DNA of 62,461 nt, counting the filler, from Choristocarpus tenellus KU-1152 (lineage: Eukaryota; Protista; Phaeophyceae), in assembly GCA_964200185.2 (NCBI GenBank). It is 8 parts of 8 records of this genome, joined end to end, with 100 filler letters (N's around TTAATTAATTAA, not from the genome) between each part and the next. Parts side by side here need not be neighbours in the genome. Positions count along the whole stretch, not along the records: positions 1 to 10,614 come from CAXNAD020002833.1; positions 10,715 to 14,523 come from CAXNAD020017804.1; 6 more parts are not named here. The stretch is one strand, 5' to 3'. The notes beneath the pieces were generated by a model. That model had not been told where the DNA came from and ran no database searches. It saw only the letters and a program-made list of their open reading frames with translations. Shown piece after piece: positions 1 through 12,320 of this stretch (its first letter is position 1; every line of letters begins with the position of its first letter). The translations under genes were made by a program, and so were the position numbers.

Positions 1-180
1 CCCCCGTTTTGTGGGGGGGGGGGGGGGGGTTCTACGCCAGGGTCTCCATTCGGGTCCTGACCAGGAAAAGTGCACTTAAATTATCCATTCGACTAATACA
101 ACCAAATCACCTAAAAGACACGACGTGGAAAAATGGGCCCCCAAAAGGACGGACACAACCCCCTCCCAGATACTTAAGCC
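1..180. mobile_element. MITE family B copy (left end cut by window edge)
   Basis: Internal sequence matches the copy at 61076-61260; ends in the terminal repeat CCCAGATACTTAAGCC. Confidence 0.8.
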
Positions 181-779
181 TTTTTCATAGGATTTTAACG
201 CTTCTGTACTTGTTTTATGATGAATTTCCCCGCCGCAGCATACCTTTGTGTTGGCATTCATACGGAAACAAGATCTGGTATGTGCTCATTCATGTTCTTC
301 TTCATTATCACCCATCACTCAGAAAACGTCTCTCGCCACTCCTACCTCCTTCTCACACTGCTTAACTGGCGGAGAAATCTCCTCAATGTGTACAATTCAA
401 CAAGTATATATTTTAAAAGCGCACCCAACACCTCCACACAGTCAATTCAAAACTCTACAACCCTTGCTGTGTCTGTTTCCCAAGCACTCAAACTTTGAAA
501 ACAGTCGACATACTTGGGGTATGGGGGCTTAATGCATATCCCCCATCGTTTCCAGCTTCTCACAATTTGATATCACCACATACTTCTCGAAAGGTGTGGG
601 GAACTTGATCCTCTTGAATCAAATGTGTTGTCCGCATATGTAATGCCATTGACTACCAATGCTGAATATCCCTGAACGTCTAACAAATAGTACTGTATTG
701 AACCAAATAAAAATCTTGCCTGGAAGATGAATACATCCATACTCCTTGTACCCACAATGGAGGGTGTTTGTTTCATCAG

Positions 780-3700
780 ACTCACTCCATAAGCAATCCT
801 ATTATACACACCACGAAACAACTCCTCTTTGGCACGTCACCTCATCACCTACTACCATCCCCTAAAAGACCAATGAGTCCAATACCTGATGAGCGGGGAA
901 GGCAAGCTCCAAGCCCCCATCGGAGACAACCGCATCCGTTCAGCCCTCGGCCTACTTCTACTGTGGCGAAAGAAGATTTGACTGAGAAGGTAGATGAAAG
1001 TGGAGGAGAAACAATCATGGACCAAACATTCCCTCCCGAAAAGGTGGAGGATGCAGAAGATAAGGATGCCTTAGATATACAACGAGAAGAAGAATCACAC
1101 GTAGAAGGGTGGGAAAGAGAGGAGAGCTGCCACAGCATTAAGGAAGAGACTAACAGAGAGGAAGGCAACGGTGGGAGAGGGAGTGGAAATGATGAGGAGG
1201 GTAGAGATGATCAATTCGATTTTGGTGCTGGTGGAGGTTGTACTGCCAGAGACAGTGGGGACTTCCAAGAAAGCGACACTGCACCACAAGTTGCCATTGT
1301 GCTCGCCTCAACTCTTGCTACCCTTGGTGATACCAACCCCAGGCCTGTAATTTCCCCTGTCAGCAATGATTCCCCATCAGTCAAAGTTGACACTCCTGTC
1401 ATAGAGGAGGACAAGGAAAAGAAGGGTTGCATTATTAGTGTTGGCAGTGGTGATGGAGGAAATGATTGTGAGGACAGCAGCAGATCGGCAGTGCTGCCCA
1501 CCCCCTCCTTGAAGAAGAAGAAGAAAACTTCAACTTGTGGCAGGGGCAATCGAAGGACTAAAAGCCCAGCACGGAGTGGGGGTCGAGACTGGGAAAAGGA
1601 GGCCAAGAAGAGGAGGAAAGTGTATAAGCGCAACACAAAGTCAGCTGGTGGTACAACGGGAGCGGGAGCGGCAGCAGGGCGATCATGGACTGGGACTTGT
1701 GATCAAGTAGATTTGGCAGCGGCAATTGCCCCGGAACACAAGATACCCAATCTTACAGGGGATGGAAGAGGATGGACAGCAATCCAAGGCTCAGGGAAGC
1801 ATTGCAGTCACCAAGAGAGGGGGGGAGCTTTAGGCCACGAAAATTGCCAGGAAGACTGGCATTCTGTTCCACCCTATCTTGAGGGGTTGTTTGATCAGTA
1901 CTACTTGGAGAGTCGGGTTGACCTCAGTCTAGCAGAAGCCTCTACAGACAGGAGAGCGATTCACATGAAGCTTGGCCAAAGGTTTGTGATATTGGGAAAT
2001 AAAGAATTGGCAGGTTTGTTCCTGACACAAGGGTTGCGCCCAAAGGTGTATTGAGGAGTGTTGGGAGAGAGATTGTGTGGGAGAGTTCCTTGGTCCATTG
2101 TATGCTTCAGTAAGACTCCAGAGTTGCCAGAGATCTTTTTTTTTGTTATTATAGAAACGGCCTTAGTTGTATCACCTGATTTGGTAGATGCAACTTCAGC
2201 ATTGTTGAGATGCTGGGACGTTATTGGTCAATATTGTACAGCCTCAATCCTCCTCCAAAAAGAGTGTACAGAAAAATAAGTTTCGAACCCTCCTCTGTTT
2301 ACACTTGGTCCCTTGCAGTGTGTTGCATGGAGGCATGCAACGGAGTAGGGACACTGCTCAGCATACTACTACTGTGGTCAAAGGAGCTAAGCAGGTAGCA
2401 CCAAAGGCAGAAAAGGTGTACAGTGGAAGAGGAAATGGCCCTTCCATAGGCCAATGCATTGTGGGGCAATTTCCTTCAGATGTGAGTAGGATAGTCTTTC
2501 CTTTTTGTACGGATTAATTGACCAAGGTGGGTGATTGGCTATGCAGCCGAGTGAAAGTATCTTAGAGGGTACGAGTTTTTCTCTATTTGTCCGTTTGAGT
2601 CTTGGCTTCCCAAGAGATTTTGATGACATTTTACCTAATCCGAAATTATTCAGAGTAGGTAAAATGTGTACATTATGAAATGGTGTGTCCGAAAAAAGGA
2701 TACTGGCACTTCCTAATAAACACAATAGCCAAAATTACATCAAAATCACAACATTGTATTTTGGTTCCCAAAAGGAAACTGCTCTACCCCTCTAAGATAC
2801 TTTTACTCAGCCATCAAGTCAAAAGACGAGGTCAATACTGTGTGCTGTGAATGTGGAGGTGGGGGTGTTGGAAGGCCCATAGTATCCTAGAGTGTGGGGG
2901 GGGGGAGGGTGTTTATCCCAGGTCGCCCATTTGGGGCTTGATGAAGTGTTGTAAAACACCCCAGTTTGATGTCCGTTTTGTGGGTGATTTCCTTCTGATT
3001 CGTTCGAGGCAGGGGGTGGGAAAGGAAGATGCATTCAGACAAAGGAAATTACCGTTACATCTGACATATTCACTCAAATGACATAAAAATCAGTACAGAG
3101 TAACAAAGGCCTAATAAGGACGTCTGATCCTCCTCAAAGATACTATGACCCGAAAGTGGGAGCGCGATCTAACCATTTATGGCTTACACACATCACCCTG
3201 TGAATGTGGCCGATTGGGTCATTGGATGGTTTTATGCGGCTCTGGAATGGGTGTAGAGATTAATAAACTACTTGACAACTCGTCACTACTACTATCTGGT
3301 ATATGTGCAGGTTGATCAGAGCATCATTATCACTATCACTATTATTATCATTATCATTATCATAATCATCAATATTTTTATTAGTTACAGCCCAGTGCAT
3401 TAGGGACTGAGAGCGTAGGGTTAGAAGGAATTATAGTGATACACTGGCAGCCCTAGACATACTTGCGAAATAATCAAAATACATTTTGAGGTACTTACTT
3501 CGTTTATATATGTGTCTCTAGTGTCTCTAGATTTTGTGCATTGGGCACCAGAATGCATCCTTTGCACAACCCCGCTATTCCCTCCTCCTAGACCTTGGAT
3601 TGTGCTCCTGAAGATTCAATGTACCTTTACGGATTGCTCTTGGATTCCCCCCCCCTACTGTTCCTGATACAAAAAAATTGTTGACTTCAAAATTTTGCTC

Positions 3701-4761
3701 CTGAGGATACAGCTGAAAGAGCAAGATCAAAAGGACTGAAGCAATCCGCTTCACCCTCGTCTCCTATAACATTTTTTCACTGCTGCTGCGTTCCTTCCCA
3801 CTTTTGTTCTCACTTGCAGGGAGGTTCAAGCCATGATGAATTAAGGAAAAACCTGAGTGGGTCAAGAGGGTGGCCTAAAAGAGTATCCACCCGCCCTAAT
3901 AGCATGGGGGGCTTGGGGACATCTGTGGGCACTGTACCTGTCAACAAGCCAGGAATACGACCCAGTTCAAATACGGGCCAGCATAAGGGAGAAGAAAATC
4001 GAGGGCAGGCTATTGAGCAGACATTGGGGGGAAGGCAACATCACTCAGGGCGATGTAGCAGTGGCAACGGAGAGCTAGGAAGAAGGGGACCAGAACGGGT
4101 GGAGCACAACCAAATCGTCCCTCCCAAAACCATGGCATTGCTACCATTCCAGTTACCTGAGTCTGCAAGAGGTGAAAGGATGGTGAGCCGGACTGAAACT
4201 CAGTTTATCCGCAAAGGTTTTTATGGTATTGTGTCGGATGCAGGTGCAGTATCATCGTCAAGAGGTAGAGTAAACGGAGGCTTAACTGGCAGTATTGGTC
4301 AAGTTAGGGCAGGGGGGGCAACAGGGGCAGTGGGACAGAAGCAGTGGTATGGAAGGGCACAAGGGACTGGCGCTGGCACATGCCACACAACTCATGAACG
4401 ACCCCAGACAGTTGATACCACAGTAGGTCACAATCATTTTTTCCCAAGGGGAGGTTTGATTGGAAGTGAAGGTGTAAAAGGAGACCAAGAAGAATGGGGA
4501 AGGGTACCCTTTGATAGAGGACGGTCTGCTGTTAGTGGAAGAGAGAGTAGCAGTGTGATGCCAAAAGATGGGGAGCGTGGATCCCCACAAAGGCCTCAGT
4601 CTTCACGGGAGCATAGCAGTTGTTCTCCACGGGCCTCATCTCCATTGTGCTACATTGTCAAGAAAGGAAGTGGATCACAGGCAGACACGTCTGGTAAGTT
4701 GGGGATGCAAACTCCGCTTTCCGGCACATTTGCAGTCAAAACACTTGCCTTGGATCTGTAG
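780..4761 (+). CDS. Hypothetical low-complexity (Glu/Gly/Ser/Lys-rich) protein, 3' exons ~780-1981, 2319-2481, 3820-4761
   Basis: Long ORFs (428 aa, 315 aa) plus a middle exon join in frame: CAA AG|gtttgt...ttgcag|T GTG (phase 2) and GAT|gtgagt...ttgcag|GGA (phase 0). Stop at 4759-4761. No recognisable domain; 5' end uncertain (possible extra exon ~191-277). Confidence 0.55.
2549..2808. mobile_element. MITE family A (~255 bp), TSD AGCC
   Basis: TIRs GAGTGAAAGTATCTTAGAGGG / CCCTCTAAGATACTTTTACTC; AGCC on both flanks; intronic. Confidence 0.9.
2874..3151. mobile_element. Divergent MITE related to families A/B
   Basis: GGCCCATAGTATCCT ... AAGATACTATGACCC inverted ends, G-run and CCATTTGGGG subterminal motif as in family B; flanks GGAA/GAAA. 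Confidence 0.6.
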
Positions 4762-6065
4762 TTAGAGAGCCAACAAGGAAGGGCTAGCTACTGAGGGTCA
4801 ATAGGGCAGGGATAGCTCCCCATCCTCGGCAGAGGAACGTATGAAGATAATCCGGTCAGCTTTATCCTCAGGCGATGGTTGACTACAGTCATGACATCAA
4901 AGAGGCTTTGGTCAGGCAACGTTTCCTGGCCATGCGTAAGGATTGACAGTGAAAGCATTATCGACAGTAGGGCTGTGTTGTTGCGATTGATAGTAGTGCA
5001 GTATTCCCAATACGTTCTACATTTTCTCTTGGTGGTGACCGATTTAAGAACCAGAGTTTAATTGATTGAATCTATTGTTTCATTTAGTTCATTCTGCTTT
5101 GGTGTGCGAATTTTTTTTAGGCATAGTCAGGTGCATGCATTAACCTCCTGTGACTGTTGAACATACTTGCCGCTTTGAAGGAAAGAAGTACCGATTATAG
5201 ATAGTTGTCTCGACAGTGTCACTGCATGTTCGTTTTTTTGTGATGTTTTCTAGCTATGTCTGTGCTTTGGGGTTGCACAACCATGGAGGGCACGGACACA
5301 GTGCTTCGTCCATTGCCTGCCCATGCGTGCTTACGTATTTTTTGTTTATGTACTTGTATGTATGTAATAATGTATTTACGATTGTTGTGCATAGAACTAG
5401 TATGAGTTGAGTGCGCTTGACTGGATGTATATTGGGAAGAGGGAAGGTGTTTGTTTGCACACTCACCATCAAAGAGTGTAAGAGGATAAGATATTAAACA
5501 CAGTAATGACTCTTTGTTCTCGATGAAATGATGTGTAATTTATGTACTGTATGAATACCTTTCCGACAGAAGTGACCATTTCATGACAATGGGAGAGAGT
5601 TACTTGCTCACGGGGATCTTTCCAGAAAAAATCTGCAAGGTACTACAAATGATCAAAAATGAAGACTTTTCTATTGAGATAAGAGCGAAATTCAAGGGAT
5701 CATTTTTTTAAGTGCAAATTAACTCAAATAATCCTGGAATTCAATTAAATCAGAATCTGAAGAATATTGAAGATACTTCTGAAAATATTATGAATGCTAT
5801 TACAAAGAAAACTAAAAAAAATGAACGTAAATTGCAAAAACTTTTTATAGTGGTACCAATAACTTCGTCCTCTGGGGTTGTCCCGTCAACACTGATGTAG
5901 ACATCGGATTTAAATAATAAAAGCATATTCATGATGCCCGTCACAATGCCCTCCAGAGTACGGGCGTTTTTTTTCTCCATTTTTTTCTATTTTTGAAGAA
6001 AGACCGCTCATATTGGGGTTTGGACCCTGGATCGTAGGTCAACAACAATGGCAACAGATATACTA

Positions 6066-7295
6066 TTACTTGATTAAAGTATAGGGTTTAGACGGGGAAA
6101 AAGCCCCCCCCCACTTTCTTCCTGTGTGTTCACGCACCCACTCTTTGACCTCAGCAAGGATGTCCTCATTGAGGCCCGGAGCAAAATGCCTCTCGTTGTG
6201 CCCTTGCTCCGACACCTTGATATGGCCCTTAGTTAGGAAGTCTCTCTCCCATTTACTCACAGTTTCCACCCTGACCATTGCATATCCTGCTGCCATCTCA
6301 AGTGCCGTTTGACGGTCTTTCCCGTCGTTCATACACAGGTAAAGGATTCGCAGTGTTAGAGTCTTACAATCACATTTCCTCATTGAGCGCCGGAAATGGG
6401 TTACCTTCTTTCGGGCTTCAGAGCTCCTGTAGCCCAACCCTTAACACCTTCCTTCTCGTTTCCTTTAGCCACTCTGACTCACAAACCATCAAAACGGCCA
6501 AGGCCTCCAGCAATTGTTGACTACTAAGATATTCTACACCCGGGTTTTTGCTTGGGCATTTCCTGAGCGCAATGGCACACAATCGCACTGCTCTCCTCCC
6601 CAACCTTCCCTTCGGCCAGCCAATCTGGTTCTCCCTTCCCCCACCGTGACCAGGCTTCCCGACAGACTTCGTCCCTGTACTATCCGGTGATGGACTCGCT
6701 GCTCTCTTCCTGCTTTCCCGAGGCGGCAGAGACTGCAGAGCAGTGCTTCAACTTGGTTGAAGATCCAACCACGCTTGTGTGGCAATGCTTTCCATGCATC
6801 ACCTCTCAACGTCAGTGTCACGGCCGCGTGGTCCATAGCACGATTATTGATCATGCTGCTGTGCCGCGGTACACACACTTTCTCGTCACCCAACATCGCA
6901 CCCAAAGTTACACGGTGCTTGTTTTTTGGTTGCCTCTCGACAGAGAAGGTGCTGAGGGTAGATCGAGGGGGCAGAGTGGCCTCGGCGGCTCTCCTTTTCT
7001 CACTGCTGTGGTCTATATTGCTGTCCCGTTCAACTTTGTGTGTGTTCGCAGAAAGACTGCAAAAGGCGTAAAAAGATGTCCACAAATCTTGCTTTTTTTT
7101 CAGTATGTCCACATGCACCATAGCATTACAGGTGCCTATCCCGGACGAGGGTTTTGGGGGGAATTCAGTCAACCCTTCATTTTTGTACCTTTTTGAGGTT
7201 GTGACCATCAAAATTGCCCCAGAGTTATTCCCCCACATTTTGTCATTCTTTGATTGGGATATATTTCCCATTCCCCGAAGCCTGGACATTCATGT
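6066..7295 (-). pseudogene. Transposase remnant, left arm: N-terminal region plus HTH-like segment
   Basis: Frameshifted ORFs; ...RVETVSKWERDFLTKGHIKVSEQGH...NEDILAEVKEWVREH resembles the HTH/DNA-binding region preceding ITm DDE domains; homologous to the right arm. Confidence 0.55.
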
Positions 7296-7607
7296 TTAAA
7301 ATTCTTCAACCCCTCTTGGCATAAGCGTTCATTTGATATGTATATTGTTGCATACCTCTCGTGGCAAGACAGTGAAAAAATACAAGATTGCCACAGAACG
7401 CGAAGCTATTGATATCACGTTATAAAAATATAAAAACTTGAATCTTTCATTTAATTTTACTAGTCAAGATGTAGACGCACCAATAAAAACAGGAGAGAAT
7501 ATACGTAAATAATAAAACTTGGGAATGGCTTCTGATAAATGTGAGCAGAATTGTGTTACTACACTAAATAAAAGCTTAGGACAAGAGCTTTTGAACGAAC
7601 GTACGCA

Positions 7608-9400
7608 TGAATGTAAAAGCTTCGGTTAACAGGAGGAGCTATGTCCAGATCAAATAATGCCAAACATGTGGAGGAACATCTGAGGTGCAACTTTGACGGT
7701 TGCAACTTTACAACGTACAAAAATGAAGTGGTTGACTGAACTTGTTGGTAAAAACTATGGTGAGTTAGGTCACTGCCCAAGTATGGTGCATGTGCCAATA
7801 CTGCAAAGAGAAAGATTTGCCAACATCCTTTTAGTGCCATTTGCGGACAGGCTGGCTGTGAGAACACACACGGGTGACCTGCACAGCAACATGAACCAAG
7901 AAGGTGAGACAAGGAGAGCCGCCGAGGCCACTCTGCCCCCTCGATCTACCCTCAGCACCTTCTCTGTCGAGAGGCAACGGAAAAGCAAGTACCGTGTGTC
8001 ACTCAGTGCAATGTTAGGTGACAAGAAAGTGTGTGTACTGTGGTGCAGCAGCATGATCAAATCGCGCTATAGACCACGCGGCCGCGACACTGATACTGAG
8101 AGAAGATGCTTGGAAAGCATTACCACACAAACGTGGTTGGATCTTCAACCACGTTGAAGCACTGCTCAGCAATCTCTGCCGCCTCGGGAAAGCAGGAAGA
8201 CAGTGGCGAGTCCATCACCAGATAGTACAGGGACGAAGTCTGTCGGGAAGCCTGGTCACGGCAGGCGAAGGGAGAACCAGAGTGGCCGGCTGAAGGGAAG
8301 GTTAGGGAGGAGAGCAGTGCGACTGCATACCATTGCGCTGAGGAAACGCCTAAGCAAAAACCCGGGTGTAGAATATCTTAGTAGTCAACAGTTGCCACAG
8401 GCCCTGGCTGTTTGAAAGCTATGAGAGCTGGAGTGGCTTAAGGAAACGAGAAAGAAGGTCTTAAGGGTTGGGCTACAGGAGCTCTGAAGCCCGAAAGAAG
8501 GTCGAAAGGGCTCACAAGGCGGTGGAGAAAGCGATCGTAACAAAGGCAGCTGTGGAGACTTTTCGCTACCACCAAATCCTTTACTTCGAAGAGGTCGCGA
8601 AGCAGGTGGAGGTAGCCATCGATGAAGACGCCAGGGAAGAAGAGGAGGTGAAATTGAGACTATTGGCACACTGGTGGTTTTGTGTCTCCCACTTCTGGCA
8701 AGATACCGTACATTCACTTTTGTTCCTGGACATAGGGTTGGGCGTATAAAGTTGATTAAGGCTCTTTCTCCTAGCCTGCATTCATTCGAGAAATGTTGTG
8801 GAAAAGGGGACTGTTAGAACCCGGAATGAGAGAAATTATTTTAGAGGGTACGAGTTTTGCCCTGTTTGTCTATTTGGGGCTTGACTTTCCATGTTTTTTT
8901 ATGACATTTTCCTACTCCAAAATGTTTCGGAGCAGGTAAAATGTGTACGTTATGAAAAGGTTTGTCCAGAACAAGGATATTGACACTTCATAACAAACAC
9001 CGTAACCAAAATTATATCAAAATCGTAACATTGGATTTTGGCCTCCAAATTGAGACGACCCTACCCTCTAAGATACTTGGCTCAGTGACGAAGGATGGGG
9101 GGAAGGGAGAGAGACATAACCCAAGCAGAAGCATGTTGCATGTGCTTGGAGAGCAGAGGGACTTCAATGAGATAGTTCCTAGTCTTCAGCTTCTTGTCGA
9201 GTGGTACGGAGGGGTACGCCTAATGCTCCCGTATCACTGTGAGGTCAACCCCATTGAGCTCGTGTGGGGTCGAGCAAAGCACTGGCTACGACAGCATTGT
9301 ACCTATTCCTTGGACTCTGCCACTGGACTAGAAGCCGACAAGGAGTATAAGAGGTACAAGTCTCATAGGTGTCCACCACATTCGGAATTCCTGGTGGCAG
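7608..9400 (+). pseudogene. Transposase remnant, right arm: N-terminal region plus DDE C-terminus, interrupted by MITE A
   Basis: EMLWKRGL (~8788) | MITE | ...VLGEQRDF...MLPYHCEVNPIELVWGRAKHWLRQHCTYS...YKSHR. The (F)HCELNPIE-x-W motif carries the catalytic Glu of IS630/Tc1-like DDE transposases. Stops and frameshifts upstream. Confidence 0.75.
8828..9083. mobile_element. MITE family A inserted in transposase remnant
   Basis: Family A body with degenerate TIRs; transposase-like peptide continues on both sides. Confidence 0.85.
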
Positions 9401-10614
9401 ATGGAGACAAGAGTTACATTTACATTTAGCATTCATTCATTGGGTTGTTCGTTTGGCTGGCGTTTAAGCGTTAGACCGAACCAGGCATATGTCAGGGACA
9501 GGTCCCATTTTTATCTCCGACACACACATTTGTGGATAAGATGCGTGATCATATACATTTGTGCGCACCAACCACGTCATTGGAACTCACCCATACCGAC
9601 CAGTCAAATAAACCAACCACACCCATAAGATCTGGATTTGACCAAACAGCCAAAATGCACTGTCAGAACGAAGAGACATTCCGATTTTGACTGATCCATT
9701 TCTCTGCTGTGACGTTGCTCAGTCATTCTGGGATATGTGTTTTGTCTTGAAGTTTGTGTTCTGTTCTGGATTTCCTCAACTTTTCTGAGATGTTGGGTCA
9801 AGAGCTTTGAAACTCGGTCTCACCCTCTGAGGTGGAAGAGTTCAGTGTGGTGATTGTAATGGCCCCCTTGAGCAGTGAACTTCGCACCTTGACACTTCCA
9901 CATACACTTCAGTCAAGTAATAGTACATCTGTTCCCACTCTTGGTGACGTAGTCCATGGTTCGAACCCCAATACTATTGCTCTTTCTTAAAAAAAGAAAC
10001 AATCGCAAAAAAAATACGAAGCCCCTGCTATGAAGGGTCTTGTGACCGGCATCACAAAAGTGCAATTTTTTAAAATCGGATGTCTACGTCGAAAGTTATG
10101 ACGGGACAATCCCAGAGGCTTAAGGTATTGGTACCACTATATTACTTGATGAAAGTATACCAATGGTACTTGATTTACCACTATGTGACGTTCAGGATGT
10201 TTTTTTTCACATTTATGATATTTTATTTCTTTAGGGCTTATACTGACATATGTAGATTGGAAGCACAGGAAGGCAGTAGTGCAATATCTCCCCCCAGACC
10301 ACCAAGGCACCCTCCCCTGTGGGTGCTCGCTCCACCTCAACTGCATGGTCAGCCTCTGCGAAGATACCAACCACCCTCTCACATGCCCCTACTGTGGAAC
10401 ACACTTACCCATTCCCACACTCTTCAATTGCACCTACAACACCCTAACTAGCCAAAGACCACCCCCTGGGGGGCTCATAACCCGCCTGAATAATGCCACT
10501 GCATCCCAAATCCACTTCATTTCTCCACACAATATCCCTGGCCAAACCTCACACCCCACCCCCAACCCCCACACCCCAACCCATCTCACCCCACCTCCCA
10601 CCCCACACCCATCC

Positions 10615-10714
10615 NNNNNNNNNNNNNNNNNNNNNNNNNNNNNNNNNNNNNNNNNNNNTTAATTAATTAANNNNNNNNNNNNNNNNNNNNNNNNNNNNNN
10701 NNNNNNNNNNNNNN
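10615..10714. other. Assembly gap linker (N-run/TTAATTAATTAA/N-run); also at 14524-14623, 21903-22002, 24566-24665, 38810-38909, 42657-42756, 51015-51114
   Basis: Identical 100-bp spacer seven times; TTAATTAATTAA gives stops in all six frames, as expected of an artificial contig joiner. Confidence 0.97.
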
Positions 10715-10752
10715 CTCACAAACCACCCCCCCCCCCCAAGATACTTTGACCC
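10715..10752. mobile_element. MITE family B terminal fragment at contig edge
   Basis: C-run + AAGATACTTTGACCC. Confidence 0.65.
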
Positions 10753-12320
10753 AACAGTGCACAAAAGAAGAGACTCAAACAAAAATCTTTTGCAAAGAAT
10801 TGCAAGCATTGTGCCGTGATGCTGTGTCTCCTCTCATATTTCGATCACCCACTGTGGTTTCGTGATGATGTGATCCTGCACTTCAACATCTTGGTTCCAT
10901 GCTGTAACTGTTTTTACTTGTTACTCATGTAAGAAGGATCAACAGCGTTGTATTTTCCTCTTCCTGGTCCTGTCTTTTTGAGCTTGGCAACTAACTATCA
11001 ATTGCATACAGCCAGTTCACAGTTACAACCCATGGATGACCTCCCACAGATGACAATCAAATAACGCTGTATCGAGTATTACGGCAGATGAACATGAACA
11101 AACAAAGCATGTATATTACCTCACAATCTGAGAGCTAGTTACAACAGAGAGAGGACTGATAAAGTTGTATACAGAGCACCTCACAACATTGTCTTGTTGA
11201 AGTATGCACATTGTGAACGCACGTAGGAATCGATCTCAAAGCAAAGTCAAAAGAACACTAGGGATATATTTGGAGAGCAATTATACCCACATTAGACCAC
11301 ACTAAACGAAATGAACATGAACCAAGACGCATCCACACTTTGCTGGATACCATCGCCCACTACGTGGCTCACATCATGAACACAAAGCGAGTAACTGTCA
11401 GCACTTTCCTTGTTGTTATATTTTCCAACAAGGCAACATAGAGGTTTATACAATGTGTTTTACATTGTGATCACAAGGCAATAACAAAGGCAGACTGAGA
11501 GAGTGGGTTGGGCATATGCTGCTGATCAGGGCAGAGCAACATCATGATTTCATCACAAACTGAGTACGTCCATTCTTACATTGTTTTACAGTAGTAGTCA
11601 TTTAAAGGAGGCCTTGTATACAAAGTATGGTTGGATGAGAACTTGACTATGTAGAATTGCAGTCCACCCCATGAGAGCAATTTCCAAGTACATAAATCAA
11701 AGGTTTGAGTGAAAAAGGAAATTATACATGAAGATATGCAATGCACTCTTGAAGTATCAAGTGATGAGAGTCCAGGGCAATACATCCATACTACCCTACA
11801 TTGGATGGAACATGACAAAAAAAGGTGGAGCATAAAAAGGTGTGGGCAGTATCTTCTTGAGCGGATAGTTCTGGTGACCAGATGAGGCAAGGCATTTTGT
11901 TTGTTCTAAGTTCAACAATGATCTAATAGAAAAAAGCATTCTCTACTAGAATCTTTTTAATTTACAAACCATGCTCCGCACTGGAAGTCATGTTTCCTCC
12001 GTGCTTGAAATTGTCATATATCTATTTCTGTTTTATCTATTACATTTCTCAAGTACCTTTCACAACTTTGGGACCTCACAGACCAATGTGAAGAAAGACA
12101 AACATAGGAGGCGTTTCTAATTCGACTTAGAAGAGGTCCTGTTTGACACCTGCAGAGAAGTTCATCCAGAAGAAGAAACATGTGTCTCACTCACTGGAGG
12201 CTCTTGTCTATATCAGCAGACACCCCCATTTCCCCCACGCAGCTCGATAGACCACCTCTCTCTTACCCTAAACAACCCATCTACACCCAGCCCACCTTCC
12301 AAAACAAATGCAAGGACTAC

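Larger units (their letters stand above)
5848..10139. mobile_element. Decayed IS630-Tc1-mariner-type DNA transposon with palindromic (fold-back) architecture, TA TSD
   Basis: TA|TAGTGGTACCAATA ... TATTGGTACCACTA|TA. Outer inverted repeat ~5848-6085 vs ~9900-10139; inner inverted repeat ~6402-7340 vs ~7558-8502; transposase remnants inside. Confidence 0.8.

Noticed and set aside
2387-2725. Recurring small ORF family (…LPSKIL / YPLRYF…; also 33794, 48439, 49285, 55405, 55740)
   Set aside because: Chance frames through MITE A; the frame is not conserved between copies.
9957-9971. tRNA gene suggested by the GGTTCGAACCCC T-loop/B-box
   Set aside because: No acceptor stem or D-arm found; it lies in the transposon terminal repeat, whose mirror copy reads GGTCCAAACCCC.
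5848-10139. ITm transposase as the mobiliser of MITE A/B
   Set aside because: TA TSD and TAGTGG ends are incompatible with the MITEs' 4-bp TSDs and G-rich ends.
10659-10670. Recurrent TTAATTAATTAA palindrome as a biological repeat
   Set aside because: Always centred in identical N-runs; an artificial six-frame-stop linker.
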